Shown here piece after piece: positions 30,077 through 40,496 of a DNA stretch of 64,000 nt. The DNA comes from Desulfatiglandales bacterium (GTDB taxonomy: Bacteria; Desulfobacterota; DSM-4660; Desulfatiglandales; Desulfatiglandaceae), in the NCBI GenBank assembly GCA_963662465.1, contig OY759599.1, forward strand, positions 5,984,001-6,048,000, given 5' to 3'. Positions within the stretch are counted from its first letter, which is position 1. Each line of letters opens with the position of its first letter. The notes under the pieces are model-generated. The model worked only from the letters and a program-made list of their open reading frames with translations, was not told the DNA's origin and did not search any database. Made by a program: the position numbers and the translations under genes.

Positions 30077-31700
30077 CCTCTTCATCCTCCATTCCAGGCA
30101 ACGGTTCCCCACGCAAATCAGTGGTTCGTTTCTTCTCGCCATCCAGTATCAGCGCATTCCCCACCATTTCGTGGATGCCAATCACATCCATGCCCGGCAC
30201 CCAGTAGTCCATTAATGCCGGAAACACGGCCCGGTCAATGGCGCAAATACAGGCCAGTGTGTTCACCCCATATTTTTCGTGAACAAATTTCACGGCGTTT
30301 GCCCTGGGAAGACCGCCGCGCATGCGAAGCTCCATGTCTTCTCCGGCGTTGAGCCCTGAGCCGCTGCCGCAACAGAAGGTCTGCTCACGAATGGTTTCAG
30401 GGGGCATCTCATAGAAAGTGTTGCAAACACTATTGAGTACGTATCGCGGCTCCTCCAAAAAACCCATTCCTCGGGCCGTGTTGCAGGAATCGTGAAATGT
30501 CACCTTAAGGTTGTCGTTCCGGCTGGGATCCAGTTTCAATTTATTGTGTTTGATGAGATCCGCCGTAAATTCCACCAAATGAATCATTTTGGTCGTTTTA
30601 GCATTTTCAAAAACCGTCCCGGTGATGGGGGATTTGGGAACTTCCAGAAAATCGGCCGGTCCATTCCATGTGTCCATGTATTGATTGAGGACCCGCCACA
30701 TGTGACCGCATTCACCGCCGATGATATATTTAACCCCAAGCCGCTTGGCTTCATGGTACATTTTGGCGTTCAGCCTTTTGGCCATTTCGTGGGAGGTAAA
30801 ATATCCGAAATTCCCCCCCTCAGATGCGTAGGTACTCCAGGTAATATCCAGACCCATGTCCTTCAAGTAATGGAACAGGATGAGATATCCCATGGCCGTA
30901 TAGGTTCCCGGGTCGGCGAAAACATCCCCGGAAGGCGTCAAAAACAGGATCTCGGCGCCCCTCCGGTTGAAATCCGGTTCAACCTTGACGCCGGTGACAT
31001 CCTCGATTTCGTCCACGAAGAATTCGATCATATCCACAAATGCATGGGGTTGTATCCCCAGATGATTTCCGGTTCGATTACAGTTGGCCACCGGTCCCGC
31101 AATCCAGTCGATATTCAAACCGAGAAGGTTTGTCAATTCCCGGCCCAGAATGGTCACCTCCGCCGTATCAATGCCATAAGGGCAAAAAAGCGAACAGCGA
31201 CGGCATTCGGAACACTGATAAAAATAGTACCACATCTCTTTGAGGGCATCCTCGGTCAGTTCGCGCCCCCCGCCAAATTTACCCAAGAGCTTTCCACCGA
31301 TAGTGTGTTCCTTACGGTATATGGACCTCAAGAGTTCGGCACGCATTACCGGCATGTTTTTGGGATCGCCCGAACCGATAAAGAAATGACACTTATCGGC
31401 ACACGCGCCGCAACGCACGCAGACATCCATGAAGATTTTTAAGGAACGATATTTGTCCAAACGGTCCTTAAGTCCTTCTTTGAAAATGCTTTTCCAATTT
31501 TCCGGCAGTTGCCAGTCTTCATCCGTGGGATTCCAGTCTTTCGGGAAAGGCATGCCCACAGCCTCGGTATTTTTGGGCTTGGCGCCGTAGCAATAAATGC
31601 CCGGATGGATTTCCGCGGGCTGATCCATCCACCCCTTATCAAAAAGGGGCGGATAATGATCTATCGTTGCAGTTTCTGTTGCTTTGGGGGTCTTCGCCAT
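30069..31700 (-). CDS. dsrK: DsrK, HdrD-like Fe-S/CCG subunit
   Basis: CVRCGACADKC, CSECRRCSLFCP, GECGH, CCGSG. Confidence 0.95.
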   Translation of the reverse strand: MAKTPKATETATIDHYPPLFDKGWMDQPAEIHPGIYCYGAKPKNTEAVGMPFPKDWNPTDEDWQLPENWKSIFKEGLKDRLDKYRSLKIFMDVCVRCGACADKCHFFIGSGDPKNMPVMRAELLRSIYRKEHTIGGKLLGKFGGGRELTEDALKEMWYYFYQCSECRRCSLFCPYGIDTAEVTILGRELTNLLGLNIDWIAGPVANCNRTGNHLGIQPHAFVDMIEFFVDEIEDVTGVKVEPDFNRRGAEILFLTPSGDVFADPGTYTAMGYLILFHYLKDMGLDITWSTYASEGGNFGYFTSHEMAKRLNAKMYHEAKRLGVKYIIGGECGHMWRVLNQYMDTWNGPADFLEVPKSPITGTVFENAKTTKMIHLVEFTADLIKHNKLKLDPSRNDNLKVTFHDSCNTARGMGFLEEPRYVLNSVCNTFYEMPPETIREQTFCCGSGSGLNAGEDMELRMRGGLPRANAVKFVHEKYGVNTLACICAIDRAVFPALMDYWVPGMDVIGIHEMVGNALILDGEKKRTTDLRGEPLPGMEDEEDV

Positions 31701-31702
31701 GG

Positions 31703-32773
31703 TTACTCCTTTTCTCCTTTTTCCGCTGTTGTGTCAGCCCCTTTGTCCACGGGCAAACCAGCCTCAATCATCACGTCTCTGAAATCATCCTCATAGGCCT
31801 CGTAGGTGTGAAACTTGACGGGATAATTCCATGGATTCACATGCCTGACAAACCGGCTGTTATTGGCCAAATTCCTTGTGGGACTCATAAACACGCCTGC
31901 CAGATGCATCAACTTGCTGAATGGCAAATAGGCGATTAAGACACACAGTATAAAGAGATGGATATAAAAAATTACGCCGATCCCGTCGGGCACAACGGGA
32001 GAAAATTTAAAGATCCCGATAACCAGTTCCTTAACCTTGGTAATATCCACTCGCAGGAGGTAGCGCATGAGCATGCCGGTAAAACCAAGGGAGAGAATGA
32101 GGAAGAGTGGAAAATAATCGGCTGGGAGCGACAAATAACGCATCTGGGAATAAAGAATTCTTCTAAGCAGCAGCCACGTGACCGCCGCCATAAGCAACAT
32201 ATCCGTCAGATAAACCCCGGGCAGCCCAAAGCCGTTAAAGGGCGCGGCGCCCATCTGCATGAAACCATCAAGACTTTCAAGTACAAAAACAAAGCCGGGA
32301 ACCGGTTCCATAAAAAAGCGAAAATGCCTAAGAAAAATCACGAGAAACGAATAATGGAAAAGGAGCGCGGCAACCCAGAGCCATTTTTCCCACTCGTAGT
32401 TGATTCTTGGCGCGCCATCAACCTGAGCGTATTCCAGCCGGGTATTGCGGAACAGAGATCGAAAGGTGAGAACCTCGAAAAGCATCCTCACCACCACGCC
32501 GCCCGTGCCTTTGGGATTGTCAATGGGGTTGCTCTTGATCCAGGGGAAAGACCATTGCTGACCCGCCGTAGTGGGGATCCGGTAAGGAACAGGCGATCGC
32601 CCCCAATCCAGAACACGCACGATGATGCCCACAATGAAGGTGGCCAGGGCCGCATAGGGAATGACAACCCCGAAGAGCGTCTTTAAATCCAGGGCGCCGA
32701 CACCAATCCATGGAATCAAAACCACGACCATCACCGCGAAGCATGAAAACAGAATACTCAATACAAAATTCAT
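31703..32773 (-). CDS. dsrM: DsrM, membrane cytochrome b
   Basis: PVPYRIPTT, FHYSFL, PFSKLMH, SPTRN. Confidence 0.95.
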   Translation of the reverse strand: MNFVLSILFSCFAVMVVVLIPWIGVGALDLKTLFGVVIPYAALATFIVGIIVRVLDWGRSPVPYRIPTTAGQQWSFPWIKSNPIDNPKGTGGVVVRMLFEVLTFRSLFRNTRLEYAQVDGAPRINYEWEKWLWVAALLFHYSFLVIFLRHFRFFMEPVPGFVFVLESLDGFMQMGAAPFNGFGLPGVYLTDMLLMAAVTWLLLRRILYSQMRYLSLPADYFPLFLILSLGFTGMLMRYLLRVDITKVKELVIGIFKFSPVVPDGIGVIFYIHLFILCVLIAYLPFSKLMHLAGVFMSPTRNLANNSRFVRHVNPWNYPVKFHTYEAYEDDFRDVMIEAGLPVDKGADTTAEKGEKE

Positions 32774-32839
32774 AGACGATTACCTCATTTCCAAAAATCA
32801 AAAAACTGCCCCAGTATTGCCAATTCAGATTCCTAAACG

Positions 32840-33340
32840 CTATTGCTCCGGAATCTCTTTAACAAGATTTGCCCGCTGCATTAACCGGCCAAACTCATTT
32901 TTGACTTCATTCACACGAATGTCGAATAACTGCTGGCGACACTGCGAATAGACGTCAAAAGCCAGGAGTGCAACTGCATCGACCCTGTCTTCAAGCATAT
33001 GCCGTTCAGTAGAATAGCCGTCCCCGAGCGTTTCCCTCAGAATAGCCTTTAACCGAAGGACAAACCCTACAGCATGGGAAGGCTTAAAGTCCTGTACCGC
33101 CCTGATTCGGATGATTTTATCAAGGGAAGAAAGAATTTTCTCCTTATCATCCCCTTTAACCAGTTCATCGAAGAGTATTTCAACGTCTTTTGTTATAATT
33201 AACCCGACCGGGTTGGCAAACTGACTCTTTTCTTTCTTAAGAAATTTCTGGGTTTCTTTCGGATAGGTAGCAATAATGACTTCCTGCCACTTGCGGACGA
33301 TGGTGGATCGGTTTTCTGAAAGGATGCTATCCAAACTCAT
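32840..33340 (-). CDS. dsrT: DsrT (RsbRD N-terminal-domain protein)
   Basis: FANPVG and IRIRAVQDF motifs; directly upstream of dsrM. Confidence 0.88.
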   Translation of the reverse strand: MSLDSILSENRSTIVRKWQEVIIATYPKETQKFLKKEKSQFANPVGLIITKDVEILFDELVKGDDKEKILSSLDKIIRIRAVQDFKPSHAVGFVLRLKAILRETLGDGYSTERHMLEDRVDAVALLAFDVYSQCRQQLFDIRVNEVKNEFGRLMQRANLVKEIPEQ

Positions 33341-33485
33341 AATTATTAATGTTAGTTTCCAAAGGCCGGAAGCTATACTTCTCCCCAAGATTTTTTGTTA
33401 CGGGAACCTATACAAAATACTCTTTTCATGTCAAGGAAAAAATCGATGCTTGCCAATGGATTGTTTTGACATTAGACTCATTTCC

Positions 33486-34805
33486 ATGAAATGGGCCGGG
33501 AATAAAACAATTTTTGGATGGGCCATGTACGATTGGGCCAATTCAGCCTTTGCCACTACCGTGATGGCTGGCTTTTTTCCTGTTTTTTTTAAGCAGTACT
33601 GGAGCATCAATGCTGACGCCACGATCAGCACCGCGCGTTTGGGCCTTGGCAATTCCATTGCCGGGGTGGTGGTGGCGCTCTCAGCGCCCATTCTTGGCGC
33701 CATTGCCGATAAAGGCGGAACCAGAAAGAAATTTCTTCTGTTTTTTGCGGTGATGGGCATCATCATGACCATAGGCCTATACCTGGTTTCCCGGGGAAAC
33801 TGGTCCATGGCGCTTCTGCTCTACGTTTTGGCTACGGTGGGTTTTTCAGGGGGAAACATTTTTTATGATGCATTAATCACCGGCATTACAACCGATGATA
33901 AAATCGATATGGTTTCATCCCTGGGATTTTCCATGGGGTATCTGGGAGGGGGGGGCCTTTTCGCCGTCAATGTATGGATGACCCTTCGCCCTGAGATTTT
34001 TGGATTTTCAAACGCGGGAGAAGCGGTTCAGTTTTCTTTTCTGATGGTGGGTATCTGGTGGGCAATATTCTCTATCCCCATCTTTCTCTTTGTCAAAGAA
34101 CCTGAGGGAACCGCCGCCGGAGTTCATGATGATAACATGGTCAAAGCCGGATTTCACCAGCTCAGACAAATCTTTCGAGAAGTGCGACACCTGAAAACCA
34201 TTTTCCTTTTCCTCCTGGCTTACTGGCTCTATATTGATGGCGTCAATACGATCATTCGCATGGCGGTGGACTACGGTATTTCCATAGGATTGGACACCAG
34301 GGACCTTATTTTAGCGTTGTTAATGACCCAATTCGTTGGTTTTCCCTCCGCCATCGGTTTTGGCTTCCTGGGGCGGAAATTTGGCACAAAGCCCGCCATC
34401 TTTGCGGCTATCGCTGTTTACCTGTTTGTGTCTGTTTGGGCTGCTTTCATGAAAAACTGTGTGGAGTTCTATGTGTTGGCCATCATCGTTGGACTGGTTC
34501 AGGGGGGGATTCAGGCACTAAGCCGTTCCTATTTTGCAAAACTAATCCCCGTGGTAAAATCCGCGGAGTACTTCGGTTTCTACAATATGGTGGGCAAGTT
34601 TTCCGCCATCATCGGACCTGTTTTCATGGGAGGGGTCGGACTTTTTATAAAATCCCTGGGATACAACAGCCAAACGGCCTCCAGAATCAGCATTTCATCC
34701 GTCGCTCTTTTCTTCATTGCAGGCGGCGCCCTCCTCTACTTTGTCAATGAAGAAAGCGGGAAAAGGGAGTTGGCATATCTCTCTGACGGCAAGGTCCAAT
34801 CATAG
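33486..34805 (+). CDS. MFS transporter (UMF1/Atg22-like)
   Basis: GWAMYDWANSAF, QALSRS, about 12 TM helices. Confidence 0.9.
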   Translation: MKWAGNKTIFGWAMYDWANSAFATTVMAGFFPVFFKQYWSINADATISTARLGLGNSIAGVVVALSAPILGAIADKGGTRKKFLLFFAVMGIIMTIGLYLVSRGNWSMALLLYVLATVGFSGGNIFYDALITGITTDDKIDMVSSLGFSMGYLGGGGLFAVNVWMTLRPEIFGFSNAGEAVQFSFLMVGIWWAIFSIPIFLFVKEPEGTAAGVHDDNMVKAGFHQLRQIFREVRHLKTIFLFLLAYWLYIDGVNTIIRMAVDYGISIGLDTRDLILALLMTQFVGFPSAIGFGFLGRKFGTKPAIFAAIAVYLFVSVWAAFMKNCVEFYVLAIIVGLVQGGIQALSRSYFAKLIPVVKSAEYFGFYNMVGKFSAIIGPVFMGGVGLFIKSLGYNSQTASRISISSVALFFIAGGALLYFVNEESGKRELAYLSDGKVQS

Positions 34806-34822
34806 ATTGTTAACCATCTCCT

Positions 34823-36616
34823 TTATTTCCCCAACGTCTGCCTCATTCGTTTGACCATTTCGCCGCTTCGAACATATACCTCAATCCGCAGTAATTTTTC
34901 CTCCACCCCCTTTTTATTGATAAACAAAACCGTTGGAACGCCTCGAATATGGTATCGTTTTTGAAGGATATCCTGATGCGGATGTCGCTTTGTCAAATCC
35001 ACCCTGAGATTCACGAATTGATCACTCAGCGTCACCACTTCAGGATCTGAAAACACATCTTTTTCCAGGGCCCGACAGGGACTGCACCAGTCCGCATAAA
35101 AATCCAGCATCACGGGCCTTTTTTCCTCGGTTGCGGCTGCCAGACGCTCAGGGGTGTAGGACAGCCATTGCACCCCCGGTCCATGGCGCACGCCAAAGGG
35201 CGAGGACCAGAATACAATAGCCGACACTATCAGCAAAATTCCAACGCCTTTTCTAATGGTGGAGAAGGGCCGCTGATTCTTTCCTTCCTTATCAAGAAAA
35301 CCCAAATGCAAACCGGCTGCCGCCATGACCACGGCAAAGAGGCTTGACCTGGAAACAGCGGGAATCAAGGGCAAGAGCAAATACCCGGCCATGCCCACAA
35401 GAACCCACCCAAGGGATTTACGAATCCAGACCATCCATGTTCCCGACATGGGCAGTTTATCCGCCGCCCCCGAAAATACCGCCAGAACCGCCAGGGGAAG
35501 CCCCATGCCGATACTTAACACAAAGAAATAGAGAAACCCCAGGAACGGGTCCCCCTTCTGCCCCACATAGGTCAGAAGTCCGAGAATAAAGGGGCCCAGA
35601 CAGGGGGCCGCCACAATGCCCAGGGTCAACCCCATAAAAAGAGTCCCGAAATATCCCCCAAAATTTTTGGCGGCCATGTTCGTAAGGCCCGCGGGGATTC
35701 GCAGTTCCCAGAAACCGAAAAAGCTGAACGCCAATGCCATCAGTATCCCGGCCACCAACATCAGCACAATGGGGCTCTGCAGGGCTGATCCCAGCATACC
35801 ACCCGAAAGGGCGGCGACTACACCCAGCACCGAATTGGTAATGGCAAGCCCCAATATATAAAAAATACCGTGGACCAGGGGGATACCTCCCATGCGCCCC
35901 CCTTGTCCTCCAAAATAGGACACCGTAATGGGAATGAGGGGATAAACGCAAGGGGTTAAATTCAACGCAAGCCCACCCAGAAAAATTCCCAAAAGGGTCA
36001 ACCACAGCCCCGCGCCGGCTTTCCATCCACCCTCTACCGGCGCGGAAGCAGGAGTAGATTCAACAGATTTGAATGTTTCCGGGTTGATGGGCTTGCCAGG
36101 GTTTCCAGGCGCCGCCACAGTCACGACAAAGGCAAAGGGAACCGTTTCAGGCGGCAAACAGGCCGTCGCCGAACAGGCCTGAAAAGAAAGCTGACCCTTG
36201 ACCTTTTGTTTCCCTTCCGGGGTGCCCTTTAAAACGGCGAGTTTTGCCCGTACCATGATCTCGCCCCCAAAAACAGCCACCGGTTCATTCATATACGGAA
36301 ATCGCTTTTCCAGGGTCGGAGGAAACTGAATATCCTCAATTTTTATCGCGGAAGATTCCAAAAAACGGAGATGGGTGGGAAACAGGTTCTCCGAACTTTT
36401 TAGGGGACCATGCAGGAACCATGGCAATTGAATTCGAATGCGAAACGAAACCGGATACGTATCTCCTGCCTCATACGCATCTTGGGATTGCACCGTATCG
36501 ATTGAAGCTGTAGCGGACCAGGCATTCAAAGAAAAAAACAGCGGCAAAAGAAAAACAAAAAGGCATAGCATTCCGAAAGAAGAAAACAACTTCACCTTTT
36601 TTCCGAATCCAAACAT
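34823..36616 (-). CDS. dsbD: Thiol:disulfide interchange protein DsbD
   Basis: N-domain QACSATAC, TM domain LTPCVYP/APC, thioredoxin DFYADWCSPC. Confidence 0.92.
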   Translation of the reverse strand: MFGFGKKVKLFSSFGMLCLFVFLLPLFFSLNAWSATASIDTVQSQDAYEAGDTYPVSFRIRIQLPWFLHGPLKSSENLFPTHLRFLESSAIKIEDIQFPPTLEKRFPYMNEPVAVFGGEIMVRAKLAVLKGTPEGKQKVKGQLSFQACSATACLPPETVPFAFVVTVAAPGNPGKPINPETFKSVESTPASAPVEGGWKAGAGLWLTLLGIFLGGLALNLTPCVYPLIPITVSYFGGQGGRMGGIPLVHGIFYILGLAITNSVLGVVAALSGGMLGSALQSPIVLMLVAGILMALAFSFFGFWELRIPAGLTNMAAKNFGGYFGTLFMGLTLGIVAAPCLGPFILGLLTYVGQKGDPFLGFLYFFVLSIGMGLPLAVLAVFSGAADKLPMSGTWMVWIRKSLGWVLVGMAGYLLLPLIPAVSRSSLFAVVMAAAGLHLGFLDKEGKNQRPFSTIRKGVGILLIVSAIVFWSSPFGVRHGPGVQWLSYTPERLAAATEEKRPVMLDFYADWCSPCRALEKDVFSDPEVVTLSDQFVNLRVDLTKRHPHQDILQKRYHIRGVPTVLFINKKGVEEKLLRIEVYVRSGEMVKRMRQTLGK

Positions 36617-36781
36617 TTAGGTTACCTCGACCAAACGCCCTTATAAAGAGATGGAAAAGCGAAAAACCTCCGACGGATTTCATGGTTTCCCATAAAGATA
36701 CAAAAAATTAACAATGGTTACATGATATCAATTTTTGCGACATAAACATGTGGCTTGACAATTTTATTTTCTTGTTTCCTA

Positions 36782-37246
36782 TCAAAGATTTTCGTTTAAA
36801 ACCGTAATCACTTCCGCCTTTCTGAGTACTTTGCCCTCATCCTGATTCACGTAGCCGTTTTTAACAATTTCGAGGATTGTTTCGTTTTCCAGCGTTTCTG
36901 AACTCCTGGTATCCACCACCTTGCAGGAATCCATGCCGGCCCGGCTATCGGGAAATTCTATTTTGACGACGCCGTTAACCTTGAGCAGCCGGACAAGCTT
37001 TTTCCGGATGGAACGGACGTTCTTCACCAGCCGACGGGACGTCTTGTCCATTCCATCCTCCTTGGCCTTGATTGTTCCTTCCAGATTTTCAAATGCGTCC
37101 AGAACTTCAAAAAGGCCGGAGAAAAGTTCTCTCTCTCTGGCGTGAAACACGCCCGCCTGTTCTTTCAAGGCATGAGAAAGATCTGCAATCTTCAACTGAA
37201 ACTCAATTAGTTTTTTCCGCAGAAAATCCTTTTTTTCTTTCATCAT
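36782..37246 (-). CDS. GrpE-like nucleotide exchange factor
   Basis: N-terminal coiled coil, LFEVLDAFE, C-terminal ILEIVKNGY...VLRKAEVITV. Confidence 0.8.
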   Translation of the reverse strand: MMKEKKDFLRKKLIEFQLKIADLSHALKEQAGVFHARERELFSGLFEVLDAFENLEGTIKAKEDGMDKTSRRLVKNVRSIRKKLVRLLKVNGVVKIEFPDSRAGMDSCKVVDTRSSETLENETILEIVKNGYVNQDEGKVLRKAEVITVLNENL

Positions 37247-37512
37247 GACTCATCAAAAATAGAAAGCCTTTTTAAATCGGATAATTGCGGTGCCTCCGGA
37301 CGCTCAAACGTTACCGTTTTCATGAAAGGTTTCAAGTCCATAAATTGCAGGTATTGATGGGCGGCGCCGGAAATAGGGTCCAAGAGGTCCCTCTGGGCCA
37401 TGGCAATTTCTCTTGCGCTGTATTGCCGCTTTCTGAGCGCAAGGGCCGCAGCCCGAACGATATCCCTTTTTTCAATGCCGGCATCGATATCCAGTATTTT
37501 GTACAGGTTCAT
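37243..37512 (-). CDS. Small degenerate J-domain-like protein lacking HPD
   Basis: MNLYKILDI... and AQRDLLDP resemble J-domain helices; coupled to both neighbours. Confidence 0.6.
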   Translation of the reverse strand: MNLYKILDIDAGIEKRDIVRAAALALRKRQYSAREIAMAQRDLLDPISGAAHQYLQFMDLKPFMKTVTFERPEAPQLSDLKRLSIFDES

Positions 37513-39572
37513 TCCAAATCTTCCCCTTCCAGTTCGTCGATCTTTTTTTCGATATCATAAAGAAGATCATGGTCATCATCCACTTTTAAAATCCATTTAT
37601 AGATATCTTCGAGAAAATAAATCTTCTCACTTTTCGAACTCAATTCTTCGTCCATATCTTCAATATTTCTTTTAAAAAACTCAAAGAACGCTTCCCGAAC
37701 CACATCCGAATCTGATTCATTGACAATTTTACAAGCCATGTTCATCTTGTGGCGGCTCAAGGCCTTTCCGAGGGCCATCATCTCAAGGTTCGATTCCGCA
37801 TCCCTCAACAGGCCCCGGGCATGTTCGTTTTCAGGGTTGATGGCAAGTGCATTTTTGAGCTGCATGGAAAGCACTTTGTCATTGATCAGGTTTTGGGAAG
37901 CCATTTCAACGGCCCGTCGACTCATGATAAGGGACAGCGCTTTTGCCGACTCATCCGACGGTCTCCGGTTATGAATGTCCATGAGGGCCTCCTCAAATCG
38001 TTGGAGTACATTCACGTCTACAGCATCCAGCGCCTCTGCAATGAATTGCTTCTCATATCGGGTCGCTGTTTCAAAAAGAATGGCCATGCTGTCCGAATAT
38101 CCATCCGGCGGTCTGGTTCCACGTTTTATGCACGAAAGCCCATAAGCAAAGAGAACCCTGCTCCTGGCGTAATCTGTGAATTCATCGCCGCTTTCGTCAG
38201 GGACAAGGGTTTGAACCGCCTTTTTATATTCCCCGCCCACCAGATGAAAAAAGCTTTCCCACGCCGGCGAATAACAACACCCGGTCCTCAGGTAATCTTC
38301 CCTGTTCTTGAAAAAACGCCTGTTTTTCCGAACAAGCGCCAGCAGCTCGGCGGACTTCCCCATTTGCGCGGCCAGGCGGGGCATCAAAATCGGCAAACCG
38401 ACTTTTTCCCGTTCCCGCACCAGGCCATGAATTTCCGATGCCACCGCCCTTTCCAGGGACCATTGGGCAAAAATCTTTTCCGTCGTTTCCTGATCCGGTT
38501 GGGCACTCCCCTGTAAGAGATTCTCGGCCCAATCCATTAACAGATTGCGCACCCCATCACATTTTTGGTTTTCGGAAAATCGGGATTCAAAGTCTTCGGA
38601 ATAGACGGCTGAAGGCCAAAACATGGAAAGATCTTCCCACGTCCCTGATATTTCGGTTTGTTTGAAACACACCTTGGCGTAAAGCTGAAGCAATGCCGGC
38701 GTCATTTCCAAGGAATTCCGGTTCAGCAATTCCCGAATGCCGTCATAATCTTCATTTTTCCACATTTCCCCCATCCAGGCGAACATGGATTGTTCAACCG
38801 CCTGGGAAAGCCCTGGGTACTCATATCCAGCATCCATCAGGTATTTCCCTTCCTTGAAAACCCTTTCCGGGGTCTCGCGCCCTTCAAAGGCAACCCAAAG
38901 ATCCGAAATCAGCAAGGCCGCCACCAGCGACTTCTGTTCCAGGAAACCTTCATCCCGGGATGGAATATTGTCCCATGTCTTCAGACATTCGTAGTATCTT
39001 CCGGTTTTGGCCAGAGAAAATCCAAAATCATACAAATGCCCCGGTTCCACCAAGGTCATCTGCTCAAAGGCTGAAACAGCTTCAGCATAAGCTTCCCCCT
39101 TGACCAGACATGTCGCTTTTCCAAGGAGCATGTTTTTATTTTCATTGGCCACAAAAGCACGGCCATAAAGCGCGGCGGCATTCCGGTAGTCACAAGCCGC
39201 CTCCGCATCTTTCGCAGCCTGACGCACGTCAATCTCCAACACGACATTTTGAAGCTGCTCAATCTTCTTTCTGATCCAGTCTTCCCCCAATACCCCATAG
39301 GCCTCTTCAAAACACTTGACCGCGCTTCCCGGATTACCGCCTTTTTCAATTTTTCTGGCTCTCTTAAGCAGTTCCCGAGCATTTTGCTTTTGGATCTCCT
39401 GGTCGCATATCTCAATTTTTTTCAACAGGTCTTTTTGTCCGGCCAGTGTCCCTAATTTCTCAAATTCCTTTTTGGCCAGGAGATAGTTCCCTTTTTGAAA
39501 AAACATCTCCCCCTTTTTCAAAATGGTTGCCGGGTCTTGCCCCAGACCCTGTTTTTTCTTTTTTTTGCCCAT
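37509..39572 (-). CDS. TPR/helical-repeat protein
   Basis: Repeated TPR-like units (KGNYLLAKKEFEK, GEAYAEAVSAFE, ALAINPENEHA). Confidence 0.75.
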   Translation of the reverse strand: MGKKKKKQGLGQDPATILKKGEMFFQKGNYLLAKKEFEKLGTLAGQKDLLKKIEICDQEIQKQNARELLKRARKIEKGGNPGSAVKCFEEAYGVLGEDWIRKKIEQLQNVVLEIDVRQAAKDAEAACDYRNAAALYGRAFVANENKNMLLGKATCLVKGEAYAEAVSAFEQMTLVEPGHLYDFGFSLAKTGRYYECLKTWDNIPSRDEGFLEQKSLVAALLISDLWVAFEGRETPERVFKEGKYLMDAGYEYPGLSQAVEQSMFAWMGEMWKNEDYDGIRELLNRNSLEMTPALLQLYAKVCFKQTEISGTWEDLSMFWPSAVYSEDFESRFSENQKCDGVRNLLMDWAENLLQGSAQPDQETTEKIFAQWSLERAVASEIHGLVREREKVGLPILMPRLAAQMGKSAELLALVRKNRRFFKNREDYLRTGCCYSPAWESFFHLVGGEYKKAVQTLVPDESGDEFTDYARSRVLFAYGLSCIKRGTRPPDGYSDSMAILFETATRYEKQFIAEALDAVDVNVLQRFEEALMDIHNRRPSDESAKALSLIMSRRAVEMASQNLINDKVLSMQLKNALAINPENEHARGLLRDAESNLEMMALGKALSRHKMNMACKIVNESDSDVVREAFFEFFKRNIEDMDEELSSKSEKIYFLEDIYKWILKVDDDHDLLYDIEKKIDELEGEDLE

Positions 39573-39650
39573 GGATATTGATATCCTTTTCTTTGAAAAC
39601 CTTTTTTCGACCCCAGTCCTAATTTGGAAGCTTTATTCCAAACCGAAACG

Positions 39651-40496
39651 TCACTCCAATTCAACCTCGATCCGCTCACCGGGTTTTAGCGTTATATGGG
39701 GATTGACGTCCCGTATCCGTTTCGTTGTTCCCTCGGGGCCATAAAATTTCATGGCAATCCCTTCAAGGCTGTCGCTCGCAACCACCCTGTAACCATACCA
39801 TACCTTTTTTCCGGCAATACGGATGATCCTGTGATACAAATGTTTAGCCTCAGCGGCATCTCTGAATATCTTCAGCCGTCTTCCCTTTTCCAGATTGTAC
39901 ACGCCTAGCCCGGGATTCAATTCCATCAGCACGGGAAAATAAAATCCGCGGCCATAACATTTTTTGGAAATTCGCCACAACGTCTCATCCCCGGATGCTT
40001 CATAATCGGTGAAAATTTCCGTTTTCGCGATACCATCCGACGTATCCTTAAAATCGGAAGATCCGGCTTCCTTTTTGGGGTCATTCTCGAAAGAAAAACC
40101 GAATTCAGCAAAAGCCGATGAATCCATAACACCGTAATTTACAATAGTTTTAACGGGAACCTTGATACCCATGGGCAAGGCGTGCAAAACAACTGGAGGA
40201 GGTGATTTGGACTGATGGGTTTGGCTGAGAAACAGACCCGCTCCCAAACCAAAGAGCAAAAGAAAACCGGCGCACAGGAACGGATAACGGAAGACGGAAG
40301 ACGGACGGCGAACCTCTATTGTCTGTCCTCTGTCTTCCGTCCTTCGTCCTCCGTCTTCCGATACCGACACCGCCTCATCCGGAATAGCGTCCAAGACCCT
40401 GAAGCAGGTTAGATCCGCATCACACTGGGGACATTCGGCGACTTCGTCTGAAACCAGATGAAATCCGCATATGGGACATGGTTTGTCGGATGCCAC
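39651..40496 (-). CDS. Zn-ribbon / single TM / double LysM-like protein
   Basis: CPIC...CPQC, TM FLCAGFLLLFGLGAGLFL, GDETLWRISKKCYG and DSLEGIAMKFYG. Confidence 0.8.
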   Translation of the reverse strand: MASDKPCPICGFHLVSDEVAECPQCDADLTCFRVLDAIPDEAVSVSEDGGRRTEDRGQTIEVRRPSSVFRYPFLCAGFLLLFGLGAGLFLSQTHQSKSPPPVVLHALPMGIKVPVKTIVNYGVMDSSAFAEFGFSFENDPKKEAGSSDFKDTSDGIAKTEIFTDYEASGDETLWRISKKCYGRGFYFPVLMELNPGLGVYNLEKGRRLKIFRDAAEAKHLYHRIIRIAGKKVWYGYRVVASDSLEGIAMKFYGPEGTTKRIRDVNPHITLKPGERIEVELE

